Shown piece by piece: positions 1 through 9,878 of a stretch of 64,000 bases of DNA (the first letter of the stretch is position 1; every line of letters starts with the position of its first letter). The notes beneath the pieces are model-generated. The model was not told the origin of the DNA. It saw nothing but the letters and a program-made list of their open reading frames with translations, and did no database searches. Location of the stretch: positions 2,272,001-2,336,000 of the forward strand of contig JAXHMG010000003.1 in the NCBI GenBank assembly GCA_034521595.1, read 5' to 3'. Position numbers and translations under genes: made by a program. Origin of the DNA: Gemmatimonadota bacterium (GTDB lineage Bacteria > Gemmatimonadota > Gemmatimonadetes > Longimicrobiales > Gaopeijiaceae).

Positions 1-393
1 TAACCGGGTGATCATGAAGATCGCCGACGTGAACCTGCGCGCGCCTACGCCGAAGCGGGTTTCGAGCAGAGCGTACGCCGTGACCAGCTCTCCACGGTAG
101 TACGCGGGGAGAAGCACGGCCGCCACGACGACGCGGCCCGCCAGGTATCCCAGGGTGAGCTGCAGGAAGACGAGGCTCCCCGTGTAAGACACGCCCGGAA
201 TGCTCAGAAACGTGAGCGTGCTGGTCTCCGTCGCCACCACGGACAGCATGACCGCGAACCACGGGAGAGACCGGCTGCCCAGGAAGTAGTCGCTGCCCTC
301 CTTCTGGCCCCGCCCCAACCAAGCGCCCCACGCCGTCACGCCGAGGAGATAGGCGATCAGGACCACGAGGTCCAGACCGTTGAAGGCGCTCAT
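1..393 (-). CDS. Sodium:solute symporter (SSS family), N-terminal part; runs off the window edge
   Basis: Not in the ORF track. Manual translation from ATG 393 gives MSAFNGLDLVVLIAYLLGVTAWGAWLGRGQKEGSDYFLGSRSLPWFAVMLSVVATETSTLTFLSIPG..., with typical SSS motifs (DYFLG.R.LPW, S..ATETS..TF). It abuts the stop of the upstream gene. Confidence 0.9.
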   Translation of the reverse strand, partial: MSAFNGLDLVVLIAYLLGVTAWGAWLGRGQKEGSDYFLGSRSLPWFAVMLSVVATETSTLTFLSIPGVSYTGSLVFLQLTLGYLAGRVVVAAVLLPAYYRGELVTAYALLETRFGVGARRFTSAIFMITRL

Positions 394-3300
394 TCAATTA
401 CCACGGGGCGTCACCTCGAGATCGGTGATGGCGCGCGCGACCGCGTCATGCACGGCCCGCCGCAAGGGAATGTGCTTCCGGTTCTCGCGGGTCGGGTGGA
501 CGCGGTTGGTGAGCAGGACCACCCACACGTCGAGCTCGGGATCGATCCAGAGGGACGTCCCGGTGTAACCGGTATGCCCGAAGGCCGACTCGGTGAAGTA
601 GTCCCCGGCCGACGAGCGCCCTTCGGGGGTGTCCCAGCCGAGCGCGCGCGACGAGGACGGGTCCTGTCGGGCCGTGAATTCGCGCAGCACCTCCGGCTCG
701 AGCAGGCGGACCGAGTCGGGGCGGGGCACCGGACACGGCTCGCCCACGACCTCCCCCGGAGCGCAGGCCGGGACCCTGCCGCCGCTCGACATCATGCGGG
801 CGAACACCGAGAGATCGAGCGCGGTGCTGAACAGCCCGGCGTGTCCCGCCACCCCTCCCATCGCGTCCGCATTCTCGTCGTGCACGCGCCCCCAGACGAG
901 CTCGTTTCGCCAGGTCGTGTCGAGCTCGGTCGCCGCGATGCGGGGCAGGAGCGAGAGGTCGGGGCGGTACAACGTCTCCCGCATGCCCAGCGGCTCCCAC
1001 ACCCGGCGCTCGAGGAACGCGTCGAGCTTCTCTCCCGTGACCGCCTCGACGATCCAGGCGAGCGTCATCGGCCCCATGTCCGAGTAGACGGTCTCCTCGC
1101 CCGGCTCGGCTTCGAGCGGCTCGTCGGCCACGGCGGCCCGGTACGCGGCCTCACCCTCGAGCTCGAAGAACCAGCGGCGGAACGGCGGAAGGCCCGCCCT
1201 ATGCACGAGGAGATCGCGCACGGTCACGTCCCGCTTGCGTGGATCGCCCCGAGCCCACTCCGGGAGGTAAGAGACGACGGGGGCGTCGAGGTCGAGCCGG
1301 TCCTCCTGCACGAGCTGCATGACCGCGGTCGTCGTGCCTACGACCTTCGACACGGAGGCGAGATCGAAGAGGGACGTGGGCGTCACCGGCCGGCCGCTCC
1401 CCCAGGCGAGCTCCCCGTAGCCCCGGAGATGAACCAACCGGCCGTGGCGTCCCACCGCGAGCGCGGCGCCCGAGGCCGCGGAGTCGGCGAGCGCGGTCTC
1501 CACGATGGCGTCGAGCCGGGCGGAGAGGTCGGGCTCCATCCCGACCGCCGAGGGCGAAGCTTCGCGCTGCTCGGCGCCACCCCCCGGATCTCCCGCGTCC
1601 CCCGCGATGCCGGCCGCCACGAGCGGGTCGTCCGCCGAGCGGCTCGAAGGAGGGGCCGACGTCTTGGGGCGGTCCAGGCCGTGGCCGATGGGGTAGGCCG
1701 GCGGCAGGGGTACCGGCAGTCGTCCGGTGACGGCCTCCTCACCGAAGAGCGCTCCGAGCGCCGCCCGCTGTGACACCTCCCGATCTCCCCACGCGACCAG
1801 GTAGCTCCCGACGTGCGGAAGCGCCGACAACAGGTAGGGATTCCCGAGCGAGACGAGGATCGTGCGGCCCCTGGGGGCGTGACCGTCGACGAGCTCCCGG
1901 AACGGCTCGGGAAGCGCGCCCGGGCCAGAGCCCGCGGACGGCGGCACGTAGGCGGTGATCAAGACCGTCCCCTCGTCCGCCGCGGCTTCGACGGCCTCGG
2001 CGGCCCGCGCGTACGCCGCCGAATCGCTGCGCTCGTCCAGGACGACCTGCTCGGCTCGGGGAACGCGGCGACGCAGGCCGGGCGAGAAGGCGCCTCCGGC
2101 CCAGAGCCACGAAGACGGGGCGTACCGGACGTGGACGAACGGTGGGGGCGTCCGATCCGGCCTCGACACCGAGCGCCCACCGCCGTGCCTCACATTCGCG
2201 TCGAGGGGCACGAGGCGGAGCGGATCCCGGACCAGCGTGATCGAGCGGGCCGCCGCCGAATCGGCGAAGGCCAGGTGCGCGCCCGACCCCACCACCTCGT
2301 CGACGCGGTCCAGGGAAACCTCCGCGCCCCGATGCAGCCCGAGACGCGCCTTCATCTCGAGGATTCGACGCGCGGACGCCTCCAGGCGGCTCCGCTCCAG
2401 TCGACCCTGCCGCACCGCGTCCACCACCGCCGCCACCACCTCGGGCACGGCCCTGGGCGCCAGGATGACGTCCGCTCCGGCTTCCAGCGCCCGGATCGAC
2501 GCTTCACGGATTCCGTACATGTCGGTGATCGCGCGCATGGTCAGAGCGTCGGTGAGCACCAGTCCGTCGAATCCGAGCTCATCCCGGAGAAGTCCGGTGA
2601 GGAGCGGAGCCGAGAGAGTGGCCGGGGGCGACCCCGGTCCCAGCAGCTCGGGGAGCTGAACGTGCGCGGTCATCACCCCGTCGACCCCTTCCTCGATCGC
2701 TCGGACGAACGGGACGAGCTCGAGGGAATCGAGACGCTCGCGGTTCGCATCGACCACGGGCAGCCCCAGGTGCGAGTCGACCGACGTGTCTCCGTGCCCC
2801 GGAAAGTGCTTGGCGGTGGTGAGCGCCCCACCCTCGCGAGCACCGCGGACGAAGGCCGTGCCGAGGCGCGCGACGGCTTCCGGATCAGCGCCGAAGGAGC
2901 GCGTCGAGATCACCGGATTGTCCGGATTGGAGTTCACGTCGAGCACCGGCGCGAAGAGCATGTGCACGCCGGTGGCCCGGGCCTCGAGAGCGGTCATCCG
3001 ACCGTATTCGAACGCGAATCGCTCGTCGTCGATGGCCCCGAACGCCATCGTGGGCGGAAACGCCGTGCCCCCGCCCTGCGGCAGGAGCGAGGGAAGCGCG
3101 TACGTGCCGCTCAAGCGCATGCCCGGCCCGCCGTTCTCGAAGTCGGACGCGACGAGAAGCGGCACCTCCGCGTGCTCCTGGAGCGCGTTCAGCTTGGCCA
3201 CGTATGCGTGCGGCGTCCCGATGGACGGAGATACGCCCCCGATCCCGTGCCCCTCCACCCATGTCCGGAGGGGCTCGAACTCCGGGCTGGTGGGCGCCGT

Positions 3301-3540
3301 GTATCCGCCCGGGATCCATTCGATGACGAGCTGTCCCGCGAGCTGCTCCAGCGAGAATCCACTCAGGGTCCGTTCCACCCAGGCAGCCCCTTCCATGGAC
3401 GGCGTTACCGAGACGGTGGGCGGCCCGGCGGCCGCGGGTCCTCGCCGTTCACCGTCCGGAGCGGGCCCCCGGATTCCGCCGCAGGACGTGGCGAGAGCGA
3501 TTGCGATGAGCGTGCCGAGCCGGCGCAGCTCAGCTGTCAC
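394..3540 (-). CDS. Lipoprotein: GH3 beta-N-acetylglucosaminidase fused to a C-terminal beta-lactamase-family serine hydrolase (AmiE-like)
   Basis: Lipobox-like ALATSC; NagZ motif KHFPGHGDTSVDSH and nucleophile TDALTM; the C-terminal domain has SxxK (SVSK), YSD and HTG motifs. Confidence 0.9.
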   Translation of the reverse strand: MTAELRRLGTLIAIALATSCGGIRGPAPDGERRGPAAAGPPTVSVTPSMEGAAWVERTLSGFSLEQLAGQLVIEWIPGGYTAPTSPEFEPLRTWVEGHGIGGVSPSIGTPHAYVAKLNALQEHAEVPLLVASDFENGGPGMRLSGTYALPSLLPQGGGTAFPPTMAFGAIDDERFAFEYGRMTALEARATGVHMLFAPVLDVNSNPDNPVISTRSFGADPEAVARLGTAFVRGAREGGALTTAKHFPGHGDTSVDSHLGLPVVDANRERLDSLELVPFVRAIEEGVDGVMTAHVQLPELLGPGSPPATLSAPLLTGLLRDELGFDGLVLTDALTMRAITDMYGIREASIRALEAGADVILAPRAVPEVVAAVVDAVRQGRLERSRLEASARRILEMKARLGLHRGAEVSLDRVDEVVGSGAHLAFADSAAARSITLVRDPLRLVPLDANVRHGGGRSVSRPDRTPPPFVHVRYAPSSWLWAGGAFSPGLRRRVPRAEQVVLDERSDSAAYARAAEAVEAAADEGTVLITAYVPPSAGSGPGALPEPFRELVDGHAPRGRTILVSLGNPYLLSALPHVGSYLVAWGDREVSQRAALGALFGEEAVTGRLPVPLPPAYPIGHGLDRPKTSAPPSSRSADDPLVAAGIAGDAGDPGGGAEQREASPSAVGMEPDLSARLDAIVETALADSAASGAALAVGRHGRLVHLRGYGELAWGSGRPVTPTSLFDLASVSKVVGTTTAVMQLVQEDRLDLDAPVVSYLPEWARGDPRKRDVTVRDLLVHRAGLPPFRRWFFELEGEAAYRAAVADEPLEAEPGEETVYSDMGPMTLAWIVEAVTGEKLDAFLERRVWEPLGMRETLYRPDLSLLPRIAATELDTTWRNELVWGRVHDENADAMGGVAGHAGLFSTALDLSVFARMMSSGGRVPACAPGEVVGEPCPVPRPDSVRLLEPEVLREFTARQDPSSSRALGWDTPEGRSSAGDYFTESAFGHTGYTGTSLWIDPELDVWVVLLTNRVHPTRENRKHIPLRRAVHDAVARAITDLEVTPRGN

Positions 3541-5509
3541 TGGCTTTCCGGGCTCGCGGGGGAATGGTCAGGCCGGCCCCGATATCGAAAAGCGGCGGGA
3601 TCCGGGTCGGCACCCGGCCCGAGATCTCGAACTGCCCGAACAGCGCCCGCGCCGCGGCCCGTTGACTGACCTCCGCGTTGCTCCACCCCAACATGTACGC
3701 CTGCGCATCCGGAAAATCTCGAATCAGGTATGGATTCCCGAACGACACGACAACGTGGGGCACGCCCGCGTCGCCGAGCCGTCCGATGAAATCCGCCAGC
3801 TCTTCCGGAATGGCGACCGAGCCCTGGTACGATACGGCGGTCACGTACGTGCTCACGACGACGAGCGCGCTCTCGCCGACCTCACGCCACAGGGCTTCGT
3901 ACCGTTCCTTCCGCGAATCACGCTCGACCTCGAACGTCGACAGCCGCGGATAGACGGAACGGAGCTGCCGGTCGAAGGTGCGTCCCGCGAGGATGTCACT
4001 GGACCGGCGATACGTGACCGAGAGCACGCGAGCCGAACGCGTGCCACGCAAGGGCAGGAGGTTGCGATCGTTCTTCAGCACCGTGATGGAGCGTTCCGCG
4101 ATGTGCTCGGCGAGTCCCGTGTGCTCCGGGATCCCGACCGTGTGCTTGAGGCCGTCCAGCGGCACCGTCCGCAACGTGTCCAGACCGAGCGAAGCCTTCG
4201 TCGCGAGCAATCGGCGTACCGACCGGTCGATCCGGGATTCGGGGATGCGCCCGCTCTCCACGGCCTCCACGATTCCGTCGATCGCAGCCGGAACGGAAGC
4301 CGGCATCAGAATGACGTCGGCTCCCGCTTCCACGGCGCGCACGGCGGCTTCCGCGGCGGTGCGCCCACGAGCGATCGCGCTCATGTCCATGGCATCCGTG
4401 AAGACGAGGCCATCGAAGCCCATCTCGTCTCGGAGCAGCGTGTCCAAGACGTAGGGCGAGAGCGTGGCCGGGTCGCGGTTGCCGCCGTTGAGCCCCGGTA
4501 CGGAGATATGCGCCGTCATGACGGCCCCCATGCCCGCATCCATCGCGGCCCGGAACGGCCGGAGCTCGACCGAGTCCATGCGGGCGCGGTCATGGTTGAT
4601 GACGGGCAACGCCATGTGGGAGTCGACGTCGGTGTCGCCGTGGCCCGGAAAGTGCTTGCCCGTGGCGATCGCCCCGTGATCCTGGACGCCCGCGACGAAC
4701 GCCGAGCCCATGCGCGACACGTCGGCGGGGTCCTCTCCGAACGCCCGAACGTTGATGATCGGGTTCTCCGGATTGTTGTTGACGTCGAGGACCGGAGCGA
4801 ACGGAACGTGGATGCCCACCGCCCGCGCTTCGACCGCGGTCACCCGCCCCATCTGGTAGGCCAGTCGTGGGCTCCCCGTGGCGCCGACGGCCATGAGCGA
4901 CGGAAAGTCCGTGGCTCCGCCGAGATCGATGTTCCCGGGAGTGTGGACCGCACCTCGCATCCGGAAGCCGGCACCGGTCTCCAGATCCGCCGCCACGAGG
5001 AGCGGAACACGCGCGTGCTCCTGGAGGTCGTTCAGCTTGGCCGCGACCTCCGTCGGCGATCCCACCGACATGATCACACCACCGATGTGGTGATCTTCGA
5101 TCATGCGCACGATCCGCTCGTGGCTGCGGGAGCCCGCCGGAGCGTAGTCGCCCAGCACCCACGGCATCATGAGCTGCCCGACCTTCTCCCTCAGGGTGAA
5201 CGAAGCGAGCGTGGCTTCGGACCAGGGGAGCGAGGCCGCATTCTCGGGCACCGCCCCTCCTTCCCCTCCCGTTGCGGAAGGCGGAGGCGCCGAGCTCGGA
5301 GACCCACCGGTCGCGGACCGGCCCGGAGCGTCCGTCCCGGGTGCCTCGGCCGCATCCGTGGCCGCCTCTTCGCCCTGGGAGGCCTCCGGCTCCACCTTAC
5401 CCCCGATGAATGGAATGCCACCGCCACATGCCGGGATCAGGGAGATCAGAGCCAGCGCCCAGGCGAGCCGCCCTGGGGATCCGAACGTTCTTGAAAGAGA
5501 GCTGCGCAT
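3530..5509 (-). CDS. nagZ: Lipoprotein GH3 beta-N-acetylhexosaminidase (NagZ-like)
   Basis: KHFPGHGDTDVDSH, FTDAMDM, C-terminal SFGNPY domain; lipobox-like LIPAC after ATG 5509 (the ORF is open to 5572). Confidence 0.9.
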   Translation of the reverse strand: MRSSLSRTFGSPGRLAWALALISLIPACGGGIPFIGGKVEPEASQGEEAATDAAEAPGTDAPGRSATGGSPSSAPPPSATGGEGGAVPENAASLPWSEATLASFTLREKVGQLMMPWVLGDYAPAGSRSHERIVRMIEDHHIGGVIMSVGSPTEVAAKLNDLQEHARVPLLVAADLETGAGFRMRGAVHTPGNIDLGGATDFPSLMAVGATGSPRLAYQMGRVTAVEARAVGIHVPFAPVLDVNNNPENPIINVRAFGEDPADVSRMGSAFVAGVQDHGAIATGKHFPGHGDTDVDSHMALPVINHDRARMDSVELRPFRAAMDAGMGAVMTAHISVPGLNGGNRDPATLSPYVLDTLLRDEMGFDGLVFTDAMDMSAIARGRTAAEAAVRAVEAGADVILMPASVPAAIDGIVEAVESGRIPESRIDRSVRRLLATKASLGLDTLRTVPLDGLKHTVGIPEHTGLAEHIAERSITVLKNDRNLLPLRGTRSARVLSVTYRRSSDILAGRTFDRQLRSVYPRLSTFEVERDSRKERYEALWREVGESALVVVSTYVTAVSYQGSVAIPEELADFIGRLGDAGVPHVVVSFGNPYLIRDFPDAQAYMLGWSNAEVSQRAAARALFGQFEISGRVPTRIPPLFDIGAGLTIPPRARKASDS

Positions 5510-5657
5510 GAAGGCGGGAGCCTCGGAGAAGTTCGTTGACGGCTTCCCCCGGCGACACGATGCTTGCCTCATGATTCGGATGACTCAAGAGGGGTCGCCC
5601 CGTGGCGTCGAGGAACGCGCGAAAGTTACGTGGCCCCATACCCCGTCACAATCACGT

Positions 5658-6932
5658 GTGTTCGCGCGCCGAACCTCTGTCCCGGCCTTGCTGGTCTGCG
5701 CGGCCTGTTTCGGAACGCCTCCGGAAGGGGCCGGTGACGAGGACTCCCGAGCGGCACCCGGGGTCGAGGCTCGCGCGGCCGCGGAGGTGGTGCGACCGGG
5801 CGTCGATGTCCTCCTCGACGACTCGCTGCACCTGGTCCGCGAGCGTGCGGTCGGTCTGATCACGAACCACACCGGCCTCGACCGGATGGGCCGCTCGTCG
5901 ATCGACCGGCTCGCCGACCGTCCGGACATCGACCTCGTCGCCCTGTTCTCACCGGAGCACGGCATCGAGGGACGGACCGAAGCGGGGGAATCGGTGACCA
6001 GTCGCACGGACGCGCGCACCGGCCTCCCGATCCACTCCCTCTACGGCGACACCCGACGGCCGAGCGCCGATATGCTCGAAGGCATCGACGTGCTTCTCTT
6101 CGACCTCCAGGACGTGGGGGCTCGTTACTACACCTACGTCTATACGATGGCGTACGCGATGGAGGAGGCCGGCCGGCACGACATCCCCTTCGTCGTGCTC
6201 GACCGCCCGAACCCGATCGGGGGCGAAGCCGTGCAGGGAAACGTCCTCGACCCGGATTTCAGCACGTTCGTAGGGCTCTATCCAATTCCCATGCGACACG
6301 GGATGACTCCCGCCGAGCTCGCACGTCTGTACGTCGGCGAGTTCGGGATCGACGTGGATCTCGGGATCGTGCCCGTGGCGGGCCTCACCCGCTCGATGAC
6401 GTTCGATCGCACCGACCTTCCCTGGGTCCCCCCGTCGCCGAACATGCCGTCCCTGGAAAGCGCCCTCGCCTATCCGGGCACGTGCTTGTTCGAAGGGACG
6501 CCCCTCTCGGTGGGCCGCGGCACGGAGCGGGCGTTCCAGTGGGTCGGGGCCCCCTGGCTCGACGGTGAAGCGCTCGCGGAGCGGCTCAACGCATACGAGT
6601 TCGAAGACGCTCGCTTCGAGGCCACCTCGTTCACCCCCGACGGCCCGGGAGACGGGAAGTTCGACGGTGTCGAAGTGCACGGCGTGCGCGTCGTCCCGGA
6701 AGATCCGTCGTTCGACGCCCCGAAAATCGGCGTCGCGATGATCCTCGAGGCGCGCCGCATGTCGGGCGACGACTGGGAATGGAACGTGGCCCACTTCGAC
6801 CGCCTCGCGGGCACGGATGCGCTGCGCCGGGGGATCGAAGCCGGGCACGACCTGGAAGAGCTGACCCGCGACTGGACCGAACAGCTACGTGCGTTCGAGG
6901 AAGTCCGGAGCCGTTACCTGATTTATCCGTAG
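5658..6932 (+). CDS. namZ: Exo-beta-N-acetylmuramidase NamZ family (DUF1343)
   Basis: GLITNHTG, LFSPEHG, SLYG, FDLQDVGARYYTY, LDRPNP, RHGMT, PSPNMP, YPGTCLFEGT.LSVGRGT. Start uncertain (ATG 5580 or GTG 5658). Confidence 0.9.
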   Translation: MFARRTSVPALLVCAACFGTPPEGAGDEDSRAAPGVEARAAAEVVRPGVDVLLDDSLHLVRERAVGLITNHTGLDRMGRSSIDRLADRPDIDLVALFSPEHGIEGRTEAGESVTSRTDARTGLPIHSLYGDTRRPSADMLEGIDVLLFDLQDVGARYYTYVYTMAYAMEEAGRHDIPFVVLDRPNPIGGEAVQGNVLDPDFSTFVGLYPIPMRHGMTPAELARLYVGEFGIDVDLGIVPVAGLTRSMTFDRTDLPWVPPSPNMPSLESALAYPGTCLFEGTPLSVGRGTERAFQWVGAPWLDGEALAERLNAYEFEDARFEATSFTPDGPGDGKFDGVEVHGVRVVPEDPSFDAPKIGVAMILEARRMSGDDWEWNVAHFDRLAGTDALRRGIEAGHDLEELTRDWTEQLRAFEEVRSRYLIYP

Positions 6933-7023
6933 GCCCTTCGGGTCGAACCGACAGCGCGCACCCCCGGAGAGATGGCCTTCGCGTACTTTCTGGCGCACGC
7001 GGGCCAAGACTTCTGGCCCACGC

Positions 7024-8259
7024 TCAACCTGCCCAACCCCAGAGCAGCCGACCCACCACCGCTCCACCGAGCACCAGCCACACCGTGTTGGTCCGGAAGC
7101 GCACGACCAGGAACGCGGCCGTCAACGCGATGACCCAGGCGGGCCACGACGTGAGCACGCCCGCCCCGAGCTCGATGGTGACCGCGACCATCAACGCGAG
7201 CGCCGCGACGTTCACGGCATCGAGGAACGCGGCCATCCACGCCGACCGGCGGAGCTTGGGGATGAGCGGATTCAGGAGGAGCACGAAGAAGAACGAAGGG
7301 AGAAAGATGCCCAGCGTGGCCACCGCCGCACCCGGCGCCCCGTCGAGCACGTAGCCGACGAACGTCGCGGTCGACAGGACCGGTCCCGGGGTGAACTGTC
7401 CGATCGCGATCGCGTCCAGGAGCTCGGCCTGCGTCAGCCAGCCGTAGCCGGCAACCAAGTCCCCTTCGAGGAACGCGACGAGCACGTAGCCGCTCCCGTA
7501 CAGGATGGCTCCGACCTTGAGAAAGAACAGGAACACCTTCACCAGCGACACGCTGGTCGCGGCGCCGGCTCCGCCCGCCAGCCCGGCCGTGGCGGCCCCC
7601 AACGTCCCGGCCTTCAGGATCCCACCACTGCTCCCGGCTCCTGCTACCTCCGCGGAGGGCAGGAACAGGATCGGCGCGTAGCGTTCCGCCGTTCCCGCAC
7701 CGCCGCCGCGTGAGGCGCGGAACCAGAGCATCCCCAGGACTCCACCGAGCAGCAGGCCCGGGATCTCTCCGAGTCCGGCCAGCAGAAGGACGACCACCGC
7801 CGCCCCCAACACCGCGAAGCGCCAGTCCCTCACCGCCGAACGCCCGAGACGCCAGACCGCGCCGAGGATCACCGCGATCACGGCGGGCTTGATGCCGTAG
7901 AGGAACGGCTCCACCCGAGGCAGGGTCCCGTAGGCGACGTAGAGCCATCCGAAGGAGCCGGTGATGAGCACGGCCGGCAGGATGAAGCAGCTTCCGGCGG
8001 TCAGGAGTCCCGCCCAACCGGCTCGCTCATAGCCGACGTGCATCGTCATCTCGGTCGAGTTCGGACCGGGAATGAGATTGGTCGCCCCCACCAAGTCCAG
8101 GAAGTGCTGTCGCGACATCCACTTCCGCCGCATGACCACCTCGTCCTCGAGCATGGCGATGTGGGCCGCCGGTCCTCCGAAGGCGATCACGCCGAGCTTC
8201 AGGAAGAGGCGCGCGAGCTCGCCCAGTCGGCCACGGCCGTCTCGCTCCCCCGGGGACAT
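7024..8259 (-). CDS. chrA: Chromate efflux transporter (CHR family, long chain)
   Basis: FLKLGVIAFGGPAAHI, PGPNSTE, a second repeat with GSGYVL and TPGPV; multiple TM helices. Confidence 0.92.
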   Translation of the reverse strand: MSPGERDGRGRLGELARLFLKLGVIAFGGPAAHIAMLEDEVVMRRKWMSRQHFLDLVGATNLIPGPNSTEMTMHVGYERAGWAGLLTAGSCFILPAVLITGSFGWLYVAYGTLPRVEPFLYGIKPAVIAVILGAVWRLGRSAVRDWRFAVLGAAVVVLLLAGLGEIPGLLLGGVLGMLWFRASRGGGAGTAERYAPILFLPSAEVAGAGSSGGILKAGTLGAATAGLAGGAGAATSVSLVKVFLFFLKVGAILYGSGYVLVAFLEGDLVAGYGWLTQAELLDAIAIGQFTPGPVLSTATFVGYVLDGAPGAAVATLGIFLPSFFFVLLLNPLIPKLRRSAWMAAFLDAVNVAALALMVAVTIELGAGVLTSWPAWVIALTAAFLVVRFRTNTVWLVLGGAVVGRLLWGWAG

Positions 8260-8262
8260 CGA

Positions 8263-8787
8263 TTACGAGCCCGGGTGCCCGCTCTCGTCACCCGTAGTGG
8301 GCCCCACGGGCGGGGTTCTCCTGCGGAGCACCGCGTCGACCGACCACGGGCCGCTCCCCGCCACGACCAGGAACAGCGATCCGAGCAGCATGGACCAATC
8401 CGTCCGCATCTCGTGGGCCATGCTGAAGAGGCCGTAGGTCGAGAGCTCCCGGACCGGGAACGGTCCGAAGCCCTGACCGAACAGGATCGGAATCTTCGTC
8501 GTGACGATAGCGACCATCATGATGACGAGGGTCGGAATCGCCGCGACCCTGGTGAGCAGACCGACCAAAAGCATGGCGCCACACACGACCTCGAACACGC
8601 CGACGAAGGCCGCCGTGAAATCCGGCCACGGAAACCCCATCGACTCGAAGCGCCCCGGTCCGCGGCTCCCCGGATACACGAACTTCTGGATCCCCTCGGC
8701 GAGGAAGACGGCACCGACCATCACCCGAATCAAGGGCGTGGCTCCGTGTGCGGCGTGTGGATCGCTGGCAAGGACATGCGCTCTCAT
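8263..8787 (-). CDS. DoxX family membrane protein
   Basis: RVMVGAVFLAEGIQK, E..CG.MLLVGLLTR.AA, G.GPWSVD pattern. Confidence 0.85.
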   Translation of the reverse strand: MRAHVLASDPHAAHGATPLIRVMVGAVFLAEGIQKFVYPGSRGPGRFESMGFPWPDFTAAFVGVFEVVCGAMLLVGLLTRVAAIPTLVIMMVAIVTTKIPILFGQGFGPFPVRELSTYGLFSMAHEMRTDWSMLLGSLFLVVAGSGPWSVDAVLRRRTPPVGPTTGDESGHPGS

Positions 8788-8795
8788 GGCGGCTC

Positions 8796-9851
8796 CTACT
8801 CTGACACGGGCTGTTGAGGAGGCGTGTCATCGGAGCGCCGGCCGAACCGGAACTCCGCGAACCGGTCGGGGCGAAAAACCTCTCCGTCGAACACGCGTCC
8901 GAGGCGGCGCTCGAATTCCGGGAGGTCCGTGAGCGGGACCGGCTCTGCATCCCGCTCAACCGGTCGGAAAAAGTCCTCCCAGTGCCCGAGCAGCACGCGG
9001 CGGGGACGGAGGTTGGCGACCACGGCCTCGGGATGCCAGGGCACCTCTTCGAACGTGGCTGGAACGAGCACGGCTACGTCGACCGGCCGCTCGTCCACGA
9101 GCTCCTCGGGCGCGAAGCCGAGCGGGGGCGGGGCGACGGCGTCCTGGTAGTAGATCCTGAACGCCACGTCACCGTCGTCGGACAAAAAGTCGACGAGGAA
9201 CGCGTACGTCGCCCCATCCAGCCATTCCGACGCCCGTCGTGGGGGCTCCTCGAGCGGGGTGTCGACGGTGCCACGGTAGAGCGTGAGACCGTCGAAGTGC
9301 GGGCCGTGCATGCTCCGGAGCGGCATGATGCGCACGCGGTCCCCATACGAAAGCCAGCGTCCGACGGTCTCTTCGTCACCGGCGGCGTCCTCCAAGAGGT
9401 CCACGCGGCCGGCGAGACCCGACCAGGTCCCCAGGGTGTTCCGCACCGTACGACTCCCGAGGATCCGAGCGTCCGGGGCGTGCGCGGCGGCCACGCGCGG
9501 CACGTCCATGAGGTGATCGTAGTGCGCGTGCCCGACAAGGATCGCCTTCGCTTCGGCTACGTCGTAGGCGCTCATGTACCGGTCCACGAGGGCGGTGTCC
9601 GACTCGATGTCCGCCAGTCCGGTTCGCAGTAAACCGGGATTGGAGAAGAGTGGCCCGGCGATCACCTGCGCACCCCGGTATTCCATGATCCAACCCCCGG
9701 TGCCGAGGTAGACCATCCGCAGCCCTTCCGTGGGGCGAGGACCACGCTCGACAATCCCCGTGACCGGCCCCTCCAGCGCCCCCCCGCACGCGAGGGTCGC
9801 GCCGACGAGGAGCATCGTGAGCGACGCGACCAGAAGACACGAGCGCCGCAC
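8796..9851 (-). CDS. Metallo-beta-lactamase-fold hydrolase, probable lipoprotein
   Basis: HAHYDH (HxHxDH) metal motif, later H and GHWEDF motifs; signal peptide ending in LAC. Confidence 0.8.
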   Translation of the reverse strand: MRRSCLLVASLTMLLVGATLACGGALEGPVTGIVERGPRPTEGLRMVYLGTGGWIMEYRGAQVIAGPLFSNPGLLRTGLADIESDTALVDRYMSAYDVAEAKAILVGHAHYDHLMDVPRVAAAHAPDARILGSRTVRNTLGTWSGLAGRVDLLEDAAGDEETVGRWLSYGDRVRIMPLRSMHGPHFDGLTLYRGTVDTPLEEPPRRASEWLDGATYAFLVDFLSDDGDVAFRIYYQDAVAPPPLGFAPEELVDERPVDVAVLVPATFEEVPWHPEAVVANLRPRRVLLGHWEDFFRPVERDAEPVPLTDLPEFERRLGRVFDGEVFRPDRFAEFRFGRRSDDTPPQQPVSE

Positions 9852-9878
9852 CGCCGTCTCCGCCTTCGTCCTCGGCTC

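Noticed and set aside
394-1560. Beta-lactamase / antibiotic resistance call for the SxxK domain (and for the MBL-fold gene at 8796-9851)
   Set aside because: Fusion to GH3 and the NamZ context point to a muropeptide amidase/esterase; fold membership alone does not support resistance.
448-5494. Very long antisense ORFs (448-1773, 1813-3669, 2786-5494; similarly 16707-18269, 26304-28595, 30477-32468, 32048-33796, 57182-58837)
   Set aside because: They shadow well-supported genes on the opposite strand, have Arg/Pro/Ser-rich composition with no motifs, and are expected in high-GC DNA.
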